Positions 30,156 to 39,905 of a DNA stretch of 64,000 nt are shown piece by piece. Source of the DNA: Planctomycetota bacterium (GTDB taxonomy: Bacteria; Planctomycetota; JAJSAM01; JAJVHW01); NCBI GenBank assembly GCA_965248445.1, contig CBDFJG010000004.1, positions 672,001-736,000 on the forward strand, read 5' to 3'. The notes beneath the pieces were generated by a model. The model was given only the letters and a program-made list of their open reading frames with translations. It had not been told where the DNA came from and searched no databases. The position numbers were made by a program, and so were the translations under genes. Positions within the stretch are counted from its first letter, which is position 1. Each line of letters starts with the position of its first letter.

Positions 30156-33100
30156 GCAGCGAGCTCGCCGTCATGCGTGATCTGGTCCAGTCGGACCGCG
30201 ATGCGCTGGCTGACGCCCGGTTCGCGCATCGTGACGCCGAAGATCGTCTCGGCGACGCCCATCGTCTGCTTGTTGTGCGTGACGATGATGAACTGGCTCT
30301 CTTCGGCGAACTCCTGCACGACGGACGCGAAGCGGCCGACGTTCGCGTCGTCGAGCGCGGCGTCCACCTCGTCGAGGAGGCAGAACGACGACGGCTTGGC
30401 CTGGTAGATGGCGAACAGCAGCGCCACAGCGGTCATCGTGCGCTCGCCGCCGGAGAGCAGCGAGATCGACCGCAGCTCCTTGCCCGGCGGCCGCGCGACG
30501 ATCTCGACGCCGGCCTCGAGCACGTCCTGCCCCTCATCGAGCATGACGTCCGCCTTGCCGCCCTCGAACAGGCGGCGGAACATCTCGCGGAAGTTCTTGC
30601 GGATCGTGTCGAACGTCGTCACGAACATCTCGCGGCTCTCTTCGTCGATGCGCTTGATCGTGTCGAGGAGTGTCTGGCGGGAGTTCGTCAGGTCTTCGTG
30701 CTCCTTGAGAAGACCAGACGCCTCGCGCTCGGTCTCGTCGAGCTGGTCGAGCGCCTCGAGGTTCACGTTGCCCATGCGTGCAAGCTTGTCGCGCAACTCC
30801 TGCACCGCCTGCTCGACCGCCGCCTCGTCAAACTGCGCCTCGTTCTCCGCGTAGACGGGAGTGGCGCCGTCGACCATCCCGGCATCGGTCGTCGCGTCGG
30901 TCTGCTGCGCTGCCTGCCAGGCTGCGTGCAGATCCGTCTCGAGTTCCTCGTCGATGCGCTCCACCAGCGTCTCGACACGCACGCGCGCCTCGTTCTGCTG
31001 CAACCGGAAGCGCTGCAACTCCCGCCCGACTCCGGCCGCCTGCTCCTCGAACACGGCCAGGGCCGCGCGGCGCTCGTCGAGCTTCGTCGCGTGCGTCGAG
31101 AGTCCGTGGCGCATCTCGGCGAGGTCGACGATGGCCCGCTCGCGCTCCTTCTCGGATCGCGCAAGCTCTTCGCGCGCCTGATCGCCGCGCTCACCGGTCT
31201 CGACCTTGCGGAGTTCGCAGCCGGCGAGTTCCTCGCGCGCCTCCTCGACGGTCCGCTCGAGGTCGCTGATCTCCGTCTCGGTCGCATCCCGCCGCGCGGC
31301 CAGCGACGCACAGCGCTCCGCAACGGTCGCGAGCCGGACGCGCGCATCGGCCCGCTCCGTCTCGAGCGCACGAAGCTCCTGCTCGGCCGCAGCGAGTTCC
31401 GCGACGGCCGAGGCGCGACCGGACTCCAACCCCTCCTGCGACGCGACCAAGGACGCGGTCTCGTCGCCCGCCGTCGCGGCGAGCGCGGCGAATCGAGTGA
31501 CGTCCGCCGCGATTTCGGCGAGTTGCAGGTCGATTCGGCCTCGGTCCCCCGCCAATCGAGTGCGCTCCTCGTCCGTAGCCAGACGCGCGGTGCGCAAGCG
31601 CTCCGCCTCCACGTCCGCCGAACGAGCAGCCGCGCGCGTGTCCGTGAGCACCGACCGCGCCTTGGCGTTCTTCTCACCCGCCTTGGCAAGCGACGACCGG
31701 GCAGCCTCGGTGGCGCGCTCGAGCTTCGTCAGCCGTTTCGCCACGTCGCGCAGTTCCGTGCGGCGTTCGACGGCGCTCCCGCCGCTCGCCACGCCGCCCG
31801 CTGCGATCGCGCCGACTGCGAGAACGACGTCGCCGTCGGCCGTGACGAAGCGCGTCGTCTTGTTGCGACGGCGCGAACGCCGTGCCTCGGACAGCGTCGA
31901 TACCTCGACCGCATCTCCGAGGAGTGCGTCGATGACCGGGCGTAGATCACGCGGCACGCGCACGCGTCCGGCCAGCGCTCCCGTGGCCTGGGCTCCCGAG
32001 ACCAGGGCGCCGAGCACCTCGCTGCGTGCCACTTGAGCGCCCGAAATCTGTGCGGGGGCACTCACCTCATCGAGGGGAAGTAGAAGACACCCGCCGGAGC
32101 CGGACTCGCGCAGGTATGCCGCCGCGCGCTCCGCACTCGCAAACGAATCGACGACGACGGCGGACGCGTACGGGCCGAGCGCCGCCGCAACCGCGGGCGC
32201 GTCCGTGGTGTCGACCTCGATCAGATCGGCGAGCGCTCCGCGGACACCGCGCGGACCGCCGCGTTCCTTCGATGCGGCGACCAAGCGGCGCGCTCCGTCG
32301 GCGAGGCCGTCCATTCGCGTGCACAGGTCGTCGAGCAGATCGCGGCGGCTGGACAGCGCGGAGTCCTCGCGCTCGAGGGCGGAGACCTCGTCGCGGCGCT
32401 CGGCCAGTTCGGCCTCCGCGTCGGCGCTACGCTGCTCGGCGGTCGCCAGCTCCGCGGCCGCATCCCGGGACGCGGTCTCGGCGCGTGTCGCGACGTCGGC
32501 GGCCTTCTCTGCACGGCGCTCGGAGGAGGTCTGCTCGTCCGACAGTCGGTCGCGCGTCTCGGAGAGTCGTCCCGCCTGCACATCCAATCCCTGGACCTGC
32601 GCATCGAGCCGCGAGCGATCCCGCTCCAGTTCCGCGCGCCGCGCGAACGCGGCGTACGCGCGGCGTTCGAGGTCCTCTGCGCGCTCGCGTCGTTCGGCGA
32701 CGTCGCGGGAGCGCGACGCGATCGAGGTCTCCGCCGCGCGAACCTCGTCCTGGCGGGTCGCGCGATCGCGCTCCGCTTCGCCAAGCGTGCGCAACACGTC
32801 TTCGCCGGTGCCGGCGAGTTCTTCGAGTCGCTCGAGCGACGCGTCCACTTCCTCGCCGTACCAGCGAATCTTGCCGTCCAACTCGGCGGCGAGCCGTGCC
32901 GCGAACGCGGACTTCTCGTGCGCCGTCTCCATGCGGCCTTCGAGCGACGCGATGCGCTGTTCGAGGCGCGACGCGGTCGTGCGCGCGGTGTCGACGTGTT
33001 CCTCGGCGCTGCGACAGTCCGCGAGGGCCGCTTTGACCAGATCACGCGCTTCGCGCTCGCCGGAATCGAGTTCTTCAACCTGCTTCGTGGCGCGGTCCCG

Positions 33101-33820
33101 CTCCGCCGTCAGCTTGCCGTAGCGGTGCACCGCGAGGGAGAGCCGCTTCTTGCGCATCTTGTCGAGCAAATCCCGATAGCGCTCAGCGCGGCCGGCCTGG
33201 ATCTTGAGGGATCGAACCAGGCGCTGCTTCTCCGCCACGAGGTCGGAGATGCGGAGCAGATCGGCCTCGACGCGCTCGAGGCGGCGGAGCGTCTCCTTGC
33301 GCCGCGCCTTGTACTTGGCGATCCCCGCCGCTTCCTCGAAGACCGCCCGGCGATCGGAGTGGCTCTCGCGCAGGACCTGGTCGATCTTGCCCTGCTCCAT
33401 AATCGTGAGGGCACCGGGGCCGCTGCCCGTGTCCATCAGCATCTCGCGCACGTCCCGCAGGCGGCAGCGGTTGCGGTTCAGCAGGTACTCGCTGGTCCCG
33501 TCGCGGTACAGGCGGCGGGTCACCTCGACCTCGCTCCACTCGACGTCCAGCTTGTCGTCCGGATTGTCGAAGATCAGCGTCACCTCGGCGAGTCCGAGGG
33601 CCTTGCGGCCAGCGGCGCCGGCGAAGATGACATCGGCCATCTCCTTGCCGCGGAGGGCGCTGGGACGCTGCTCGCCGAGAACCCACTTGATCGCGTCGAC
33701 GACGTTCGACTTGCCGCAACCGTTCGGGCCGACGATGCACGTCAGGCCGGTCGGGAAGTGGAAGTCGGTCTTCTTCGCGAACGACTTGAAGCCGAGCATC
33801 GACAACTGCTTCAGACGCAT
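30152..33820 (-). CDS. smc: Chromosome segregation protein SMC
   Basis: GFKSF, GPNGCGKSN, coiled coils, hinge, LSGGE and LDEVDAALD motifs. Confidence 0.96.
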   Translation of the reverse strand: MRLKQLSMLGFKSFAKKTDFHFPTGLTCIVGPNGCGKSNVVDAIKWVLGEQRPSALRGKEMADVIFAGAAGRKALGLAEVTLIFDNPDDKLDVEWSEVEVTRRLYRDGTSEYLLNRNRCRLRDVREMLMDTGSGPGALTIMEQGKIDQVLRESHSDRRAVFEEAAGIAKYKARRKETLRRLERVEADLLRISDLVAEKQRLVRSLKIQAGRAERYRDLLDKMRKKRLSLAVHRYGKLTAERDRATKQVEELDSGEREARDLVKAALADCRSAEEHVDTARTTASRLEQRIASLEGRMETAHEKSAFAARLAAELDGKIRWYGEEVDASLERLEELAGTGEDVLRTLGEAERDRATRQDEVRAAETSIASRSRDVAERRERAEDLERRAYAAFARRAELERDRSRLDAQVQGLDVQAGRLSETRDRLSDEQTSSERRAEKAADVATRAETASRDAAAELATAEQRSADAEAELAERRDEVSALEREDSALSSRRDLLDDLCTRMDGLADGARRLVAASKERGGPRGVRGALADLIEVDTTDAPAVAAALGPYASAVVVDSFASAERAAAYLRESGSGGCLLLPLDEVSAPAQISGAQVARSEVLGALVSGAQATGALAGRVRVPRDLRPVIDALLGDAVEVSTLSEARRSRRRNKTTRFVTADGDVVLAVGAIAAGGVASGGSAVERRTELRDVAKRLTKLERATEAARSSLAKAGEKNAKARSVLTDTRAAARSADVEAERLRTARLATDEERTRLAGDRGRIDLQLAEIAADVTRFAALAATAGDETASLVASQEGLESGRASAVAELAAAEQELRALETERADARVRLATVAERCASLAARRDATETEISDLERTVEEAREELAGCELRKVETGERGDQAREELARSEKERERAIVDLAEMRHGLSTHATKLDERRAALAVFEEQAAGVGRELQRFRLQQNEARVRVETLVERIDEELETDLHAAWQAAQQTDATTDAGMVDGATPVYAENEAQFDEAAVEQAVQELRDKLARMGNVNLEALDQLDETEREASGLLKEHEDLTNSRQTLLDTIKRIDEESREMFVTTFDTIRKNFREMFRRLFEGGKADVMLDEGQDVLEAGVEIVARPPGKELRSISLLSGGERTMTAVALLFAIYQAKPSSFCLLDEVDAALDDANVGRFASVVQEFAEESQFIIVTHNKQTMGVAETIFGVTMREPGVSQRIAVRLDQITHDGELAA

Positions 33821-33834
33821 GAGGTCGTTCTCCC

Positions 33835-33895
33835 CGAACCCACACTGTACGGACTCACACTGGACGAACCCACACTCACACGGACACCCATTGCC
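33835..33895. repeat. Degenerate 15-bp tandem repeat (4 units) upstream of smc
   Basis: cgaacccacactgta / cggactcacactgga / cgaacccacactcaca / cggacacccattgcc. Confidence 0.6.
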
Positions 33896-33920
33896 CTGGT
33901 ATTCGGACTCCGTTTCGGCC

Positions 33921-34658
33921 TCATGAGCGCACGCTACGGGACCCGCCCCGCACCCCGAAGTCCTGTCGCGGTCGCCCCTCGATCACGCAGCTCTCCGCGT
34001 GCCGGCCCGCCAGGCGTCCGACCGCCTGCAGGTTCCGCAGGCCGGGCTCGCCGCCCGGCGCTCCCAGGAGGACCACGCGCCGGGCGCCCGAGAGCATGCG
34101 CAACACAGCGCCCATCTGCTCCGTCTCGACCACTCCCGGAAGCCACGGGACGCGGAACTCGTGCTCGCCCGGCGCGTGCAGCAGTAGCTCGACGGACTCG
34201 AAGACCGACGCGAGCCGGACGCGAGCTCCGGCCGCCACCGCGTAGCTCGGGTCGAGGGGCGCGCGGACCGTCATCGCAACGGAGGAGATCTCGCCCGTCT
34301 CGAGCACCTCGCGCAGTCGCTCCGGCTGCGAACCGTTGGTGTGCAAACGGACGCGCAACCCCAGTTCGCGGACGATCCGGACGAGATCGATCAAGCCGTC
34401 GTGAAGCGTCGGCTCCCCGCCCCCGATCACGACGGCATCGAGCCAGCGTCGTCTGCGATACAGCGTCTCGGTGATCGTCTCGACTGGAATGGTGCCGGCC
34501 TCGCTGTGCTCGGCGACGAGGTGAGGAACCGGGCACGCCGGGCACCGGAAGTTGCAGCCCTGCAACTCCAGCACGGCCGTGACGCGGCCCTCCCACGCCG
34601 TCAGCGAGACCGGATCGAACCCGCGCACCGGGGGGAGCGGCGGCGGACGCCTCACCAT
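33921..34658 (-). CDS. Radical SAM protein, anaerobic RNR activase-like (NrdG-like)
   Basis: QGCNFRCPAC, GGEPTL and HTNGS motifs; overlaps the stop of the NrdD-like gene. Confidence 0.8.
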   Translation of the reverse strand: MVRRPPPLPPVRGFDPVSLTAWEGRVTAVLELQGCNFRCPACPVPHLVAEHSEAGTIPVETITETLYRRRRWLDAVVIGGGEPTLHDGLIDLVRIVRELGLRVRLHTNGSQPERLREVLETGEISSVAMTVRAPLDPSYAVAAGARVRLASVFESVELLLHAPGEHEFRVPWLPGVVETEQMGAVLRMLSGARRVVLLGAPGGEPGLRNLQAVGRLAGRHAESCVIEGRPRQDFGVRGGSRSVRS

Positions 34659-36697
34659 GCGCCCACCTCCACACGATCGACCGAGCCGACCCGCAGGAGC
34701 TTCGTCAGCACGGCGACCAACCCGGCGGCGCCACCGGTCTCGTCGGGCGCCAGGCCGAGAGAGAGCGTCGCATCGCCGAGCGATTCGTGCAGCGCCTCCT
34801 CGGCGACGATTCGCGTGAGGAGGTCGGCGCCGCCGTCGTCCCGCGTGCGGACACCCGGGGTGTAGCGCGAACGGCCGGGGAACGCCTCGGTGAGCGAGAC
34901 CGGCGCCGTGCGGGCATCTGCGTCGAAGAAACGCCGGGCCACGAAGACGCTCTCGTCCGCATCGAGCGTCGTCTGCAAGTCGTGAACCAGCCCGGCTTCC
35001 CGCACGCACATCGCGAGGTGCTTGAGCACGCGCCGCGCGTCCCGCGCCGCCTGCTCGGCTCCGTCGTGCAACTCGAATCCGGTGAGGTGCTGGAGCGCCT
35101 CGTTGAGGCCGCTGACGGCCACCGACCAGGTGCAGGCCGAGAGATCGACGAGCGGCTGCCGGCCGCGGGTCCCCCGCAGCAGGGACGTCAGCGGGCCGGC
35201 GGCGCCACCGCCGGCGTGCGCCAGGAGCTCGCGGCGCGCGGTGTGTGCGCGCACGGCCCGATCGACGAGGGCGTCGCACGCGCGCTGGAACCCCTCGAAG
35301 TTCCGCCGCCCGACCCGCGCAGCCGCGCGCGGCAGGTTCAGGGTCACCCGTCCCCCGACGGCGCGGCGGTCGGCGCACTCTCCGCGCGCGGCGCCGCCGC
35401 GCAGGAGCTGGAAGCGAACGCGGGCACCCGCCGCGGCGGCGGCCGCCGCGCGCTCGAGCACGCGTCGCCACGGTCCGTCTGCGAGCATCGCCTCGCAGAC
35501 CTGCACGACCGGGCGAGGCAGCGTCGCCCGCGGCGGAAGACCGTCAGGTCGATGCAGCGCGCGCAGGACGGCGCTCGCGAAGCGCGCCCCCGCGTCGCCG
35601 CCCTCGCGCGGCACGGCGAACACGAGACGCGGCGCTCGTTCCCCGTCCTCCGCCGCCGTCTCGTGGAGGACGTGCCACGCTTCCTCGCTGACCGCCTCGC
35701 GCGAGGCGTCGCTGGTAAGCAGTCCAAAGGCGTCGGCGACCCCGTGGAGATACACGCGGTCCACAACCGCGGCGTTCAGCCAGCGGGCACCGCGGCCGAG
35801 CGCTGCCGCCAACCGGCGGCTGGATCGGCCGACACCCTCCGGCGCACGGGCGGCGACGTGCGGGAGCTGGCCGTGGAGGACGTCCGCCGGCGCGAGCGCC
35901 GCGCGGAAGAGCGCGGAGGGCGCGGTCAGGCCGTGCACGTGGAGTGCCCCGCCCAGGTGGTCCTCGGCGGCGTCGGACGGCAGCACCTGGAACAGCGCAT
36001 GGCTCTGCATCGCCGCCCCGCCGAGGTGCTGTGCGGCGATGCGGGGTGAGACCGGGCGATTCGCCACGCGCCCGCGCAGGGCCGCAGCGACGTCCTGCGA
36101 CGAGAGCACCGTCGCGCCGCGGCGGCGGAGGTCGAGTTCCGGTGCCCGTTCGATCAGCGCGGCTTCGGCGAGCGACCGCACCGTGGCGGACGGGGCGCGC
36201 GACACGCTCGCCCTACGCAGTTTCGTCTCGACGTCGGCGGCGGCCTCGTCGGCGACGCCCCGCGTCGCTCCGGTCTCGGCGACGAGCATCCGCGCCAGGC
36301 GCTCACGTGAGAACGGCGTGCTCACCCCGGCGGCGCCGTCGTCGACCTGGATCACGCCGTGCTCGAACAGCGAGGGTTCGAAGATGCCCGAACGGGCCGC
36401 TCGAATCGCGCGCAAGCGGCGCTGCTCCTCACGATGCAGAATGAACGCTTTGGCGGCGGCGGCGTGGCCTGTGTCGATCAGGACTGTCCCGACCATGTCG
36501 TCGACGTCGTCGGTCGTGGGGATCTCGTCGTGGAACGACTTGCCGAGGAACACCTCGACCATCGACGCTACTTCGCGCACGAGACTTCGCTCGCCGCCAG
36601 CGGCCAGCAGCGCGCGATCCACGACCTCGAGGATCCGGTGCTGGTCGAACGGCACGGTGCTGCCGTCACGCCTGCGGACGAGTGCGACGCGCCTCAC
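34652..36697 (-). CDS. Degenerate class III ribonucleotide reductase-like (NrdD-like) protein with two ATP cones
   Basis: ATP cone VRRRDGSTVPFD; HLGGALHVHGL, VTLNLPR and GLNE core motifs; no C-terminal Zn ribbon or RxxGY loop. Confidence 0.75.
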   Translation of the reverse strand: MRRVALVRRRDGSTVPFDQHRILEVVDRALLAAGGERSLVREVASMVEVFLGKSFHDEIPTTDDVDDMVGTVLIDTGHAAAAKAFILHREEQRRLRAIRAARSGIFEPSLFEHGVIQVDDGAAGVSTPFSRERLARMLVAETGATRGVADEAAADVETKLRRASVSRAPSATVRSLAEAALIERAPELDLRRRGATVLSSQDVAAALRGRVANRPVSPRIAAQHLGGAAMQSHALFQVLPSDAAEDHLGGALHVHGLTAPSALFRAALAPADVLHGQLPHVAARAPEGVGRSSRRLAAALGRGARWLNAAVVDRVYLHGVADAFGLLTSDASREAVSEEAWHVLHETAAEDGERAPRLVFAVPREGGDAGARFASAVLRALHRPDGLPPRATLPRPVVQVCEAMLADGPWRRVLERAAAAAAAGARVRFQLLRGGAARGECADRRAVGGRVTLNLPRAAARVGRRNFEGFQRACDALVDRAVRAHTARRELLAHAGGGAAGPLTSLLRGTRGRQPLVDLSACTWSVAVSGLNEALQHLTGFELHDGAEQAARDARRVLKHLAMCVREAGLVHDLQTTLDADESVFVARRFFDADARTAPVSLTEAFPGRSRYTPGVRTRDDGGADLLTRIVAEEALHESLGDATLSLGLAPDETGGAAGLVAVLTKLLRVGSVDRVEVGAW

Positions 36698-37302
36698 CTG
36701 CTGCGCCCGCCCTTCTGTTTGGGCTTCGTGGACCTACCGCGGGCCGTCTTCTTCGCGGTCTTCTTCGGCGCCTTCTTCGGGGTCTTCTTCTGGGTCTTCT
36801 TCTGGGACTTCTTCTGGGACTTCTTGCGCTTTGCCGGCGTCTTCCGGCCACTCGGCCGAGCGACCTCTTGCGCGATGGCCTCGAAGTCCTGCGCCGACTC
36901 GAAGTTCTTGTAGACCGACGCGAACCGCACGTACGCGACCTTGTCGATCTTCTTGAGTTCGCGCATCACGAGTTCGCCGATCCGCACGGTCTCGATCTCG
37001 CGGTCGGACGACGTCAGGATCTTCTCTTCGACGCGCGCGGCGATCTCGTCGAGTTCGTCGAGTGCAACGGGGCGCTTCTGGCAGGCCGTGAGGAGCCCCA
37101 TCAGGATCTTGCGGCGCTCGAAGTCCTCGCGCGTGGCGTCCCGCTTGACGACGCGGAGCGGCGTCTCGCGGATGATCTCCCGCGTGGTGAACCGCTTGGC
37201 GCACGCCTCGCACTCGCGGCGCCGACGAATCACGTCACCGTCCGCGCTCTCGCGCGAATCGATGACCCGATCCCGGTTCTCCTTGCAGAACGGACAGCGC
37301 AT
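36694..37302 (-). CDS. nrdR: Transcriptional repressor NrdR with Lys-rich C-terminal tail
   Basis: MRCPFC, VIDSR, IRRRREC..C..RFTTRE and VAYVRFASVY motifs. Confidence 0.96.
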   Translation of the reverse strand: MRCPFCKENRDRVIDSRESADGDVIRRRRECEACAKRFTTREIIRETPLRVVKRDATREDFERRKILMGLLTACQKRPVALDELDEIAARVEEKILTSSDREIETVRIGELVMRELKKIDKVAYVRFASVYKNFESAQDFEAIAQEVARPSGRKTPAKRKKSQKKSQKKTQKKTPKKAPKKTAKKTARGRSTKPKQKGGRSR

Positions 37303-37489
37303 CGCGAGCGCCCCTCCATCGCACCCGTGCCGCCCCGTGGATTCGTCACGGGGACTCGTCACGGGACTCTTCCCAGGCCAGCACCTATCCCGCCGAACTC
37401 TCTCTTCGCGCGCGAGACGACCGCCCTCCGAGACGAACTCGTCCTCGCACCGGCCGGACGCGCTCCGTGGAGCGAGGTAGGCCGGACTT

Positions 37490-37505
37490 CAACTACATCT
37501 TGGGG
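37490..37505. promoter_or_regulatory. Candidate NrdR box
   Basis: caaCtAcATcTtGggg matches the CwAnATnTwG core, about 190 bp upstream of nrdR. Confidence 0.6.
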
Positions 37506-37686
37506 TGCTGTGAGTTTACGCCGCTACCGGTTGAGTTCCAACAACCGGTTTGCGCCCACTCGAGGTCACGATCCCGGGCTGAAACCCGGCGTGGAAGACA
37601 CGGGCCGTACGCCGGGCCACCTCCGCGCTCTCCCCGAAGCTCCCTGGCTCCGGGCACCCCGTTCCTTCGTCGATCTGTCGTCGACG

Positions 37687-37766
37687 CCGCCCAGATCTCA
37701 AACCGCCCAGATTCCAAACCGACCAGCTCAGATCGACCAGCTCAGATCGACCGTCTCATACCGACC
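37687..37766. repeat. 14-16-bp tandem repeat array
   Basis: ccgcccagatctcaaa / ccgcccagattccaaa / ccgaccagctcaga / tcgaccagctcaga / tcgaccgtctcata. Confidence 0.6.
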
Positions 37767-37884
37767 GGAGAGGGGCGCGTGCCGGGGCACCTCTCCGGTG
37801 CGCAGAAGAGTATCCGGCGGCGGGGACAGCCTGGCCGCCGCGGCGCGGCCGCGGCAGGGGCGCGGAGCGAAGCGGATTCCGCCG

Positions 37885-39744
37885 CTACTTCGCGGGGACC
37901 AGCGCCGCCAGGCGGTCGGCGTACTCGGCGTCGATCTTGTTGAGCCAGAGGCGGCGGATCAGCTGCACCTCGCAGATCGACCAGAGCGCGGACATCGTCA
38001 TGTAGAGCGTGAGTCCGGACGCGAAGCCGTAGAGGAACACGCCGAACAGCATCGGCATCCAGCGCATCATCTTGGCCTGCGATCGCTGCTGGGGGTCGTC
38101 GGGCAGCGGGGTCATGTGGCTGCTGATGCCCCAGGTGATCATCATCAGAATGGGGAACAGGTTCAGCCAACCGTCGACCACCATCCAGCCCTGGGTGAAC
38201 GGCAACTCGAGGAAGTGGTCGGGGGCAGTCAGGTCAGCGGCCCAGAAGAACGATGCGTGGCGCATCTCGAACGTGGTCTGGAGGATGCCGTAGAGCGCGA
38301 TCCAGATCGGCATCTGCACGAACGCGAGCAGGCAGCCGCCGGGCAGGAGCGAGACCTTCTCCTCCCGCATCAGCTTCATGGTCATCTGTTGCTGCTTCTT
38401 CGAGTCCTTGTACTTCTTCTTGACGGCTTCCATCTTCGGCTTGAGAAGCGCCATCTTCTTGCCGTGCAGACGCATCGAGACCTGCGACTTGCGCGACAGC
38501 GGGAACATGAGGCCGCGCACGAGCACGGTCAGGACGACCACCGCCCAGCCGTAGCCGATGCCGATGCCGGCGATCAGGTTCAGCAGCCAGGCGAGCACCT
38601 TCTCGATCGGCTTGAAGGAGAAGATCCAGAAGTCGCGGTTGGGGACGGCCTCGGCGAGGTCCGCGTAGGCAGAGTCCTCGCTGCCGAACACCGGGCGGCT
38701 GGCGGGCCCGGCAAAGTACCGATACGAGAGCGTCGTCGTGCCGCCGGCCTCCGGGAGCGTCACGCGCTCTACGAGGACCGGTGCCGCGGTGGTCCAGAGC
38801 GACTCGTCATCACCGGCCTCTCCGTTCAGCGAGAGCCCGGCCGGCCGTTCGGCCGACAGGAACCGGACCTCTACGGACGAGCCGGGACCGTCTCGCGGAG
38901 ACAGCACGCCGAGATGGAAGTCAGCGCGCGCGCCGATCATCCGCACGCCGTCGGGCGCCGCGAAGTGATGCTGCGGGTCGTCCTCGAGCTGACTGCGGAT
39001 CTTGTCAGGCAGCGTGTCGGAGATGTCGTCGCCACGCACCGTGACGAGGACGGCATCCTCCGGCCGAGGCACTTCGGTCTCGGCGAGCCACGGACCGATG
39101 ACTTCGACGAGCGCGGCCCGCGACGTCGCCCCCTCACGGCCCCGGAACACGATGTCGACGTCGACGTGGTACGGCGCGGCAGCATCCCGCGAGGGACGCA
39201 GGCGCTTCTCGATGTCGAGTCCGTACTCCGCGAGGGACAGCCGCGCGATCAGCCCGGCATCGGTCTCCTCGATGTCCCAGGTCTTCGCGTGCAGGCCGAG
39301 GCCCTGGTCGATCAGGTCGATCGACAGCAGTCCGGGCATCCCCGGTGGGCGTTCAGTCGTGCGCCCCGGGTCCCCCACGGCGTCCGTGGCGACTCCGTTC
39401 TGGTGATACTCGCAGGCATGCGTCGTCACCGAAGTGAGCGCACCGCCGAGCGACGTCGCCGTGAGGTGGAGCCTCCCGACGCGCAGTTCCGTGAGCGTCT
39501 CCGGTCCTTCGATCCGGGCAGCCGGCACCCCGGCTGCCGGGAGAGCGGGGACGACGGGGACCACGGCCGGCTGCGTGGGCACGCCTGTGGCAGCTCCACC
39601 AGTGCCTTGGGCAACCTGCTGAATGGGGTCGCCTCCCCCACCGTCCGGCGGCGGCGGCGGCGGCGCGTAGCGCTTCGCGAGCATCGAGTACGCCATGAGG
39701 AACAGCACGCTCGCAACCATGGCGAAGACGACGCGTCGGTCCAT
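37885..39744 (-). CDS. yidC: Membrane protein insertase YidC
   Basis: N-terminal TM, periplasmic domain, GWAVVVLTVLVR, GGCL..QMPIWIALY and ASGLTLY motifs. Confidence 0.92.
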   Translation of the reverse strand: MDRRVVFAMVASVLFLMAYSMLAKRYAPPPPPPDGGGGDPIQQVAQGTGGAATGVPTQPAVVPVVPALPAAGVPAARIEGPETLTELRVGRLHLTATSLGGALTSVTTHACEYHQNGVATDAVGDPGRTTERPPGMPGLLSIDLIDQGLGLHAKTWDIEETDAGLIARLSLAEYGLDIEKRLRPSRDAAAPYHVDVDIVFRGREGATSRAALVEVIGPWLAETEVPRPEDAVLVTVRGDDISDTLPDKIRSQLEDDPQHHFAAPDGVRMIGARADFHLGVLSPRDGPGSSVEVRFLSAERPAGLSLNGEAGDDESLWTTAAPVLVERVTLPEAGGTTTLSYRYFAGPASRPVFGSEDSAYADLAEAVPNRDFWIFSFKPIEKVLAWLLNLIAGIGIGYGWAVVVLTVLVRGLMFPLSRKSQVSMRLHGKKMALLKPKMEAVKKKYKDSKKQQQMTMKLMREEKVSLLPGGCLLAFVQMPIWIALYGILQTTFEMRHASFFWAADLTAPDHFLELPFTQGWMVVDGWLNLFPILMMITWGISSHMTPLPDDPQQRSQAKMMRWMPMLFGVFLYGFASGLTLYMTMSALWSICEVQLIRRLWLNKIDAEYADRLAALVPAK

Positions 39745-39905
39745 GCTGTCAGTCTCCGTCGGCCCGCGATGACGCGCACGCCGTGGCACCTGTCAGACGG
39801 TCAGTCCAGGCAGGGCACACGGCGGCCCCGATGCGCACAGCGCGAAGCGCGTGCCCATGGGGAACAGGAACCGGGAAGCAGGAGGTCCGGATCGCGGTTC
39901 TCCGG

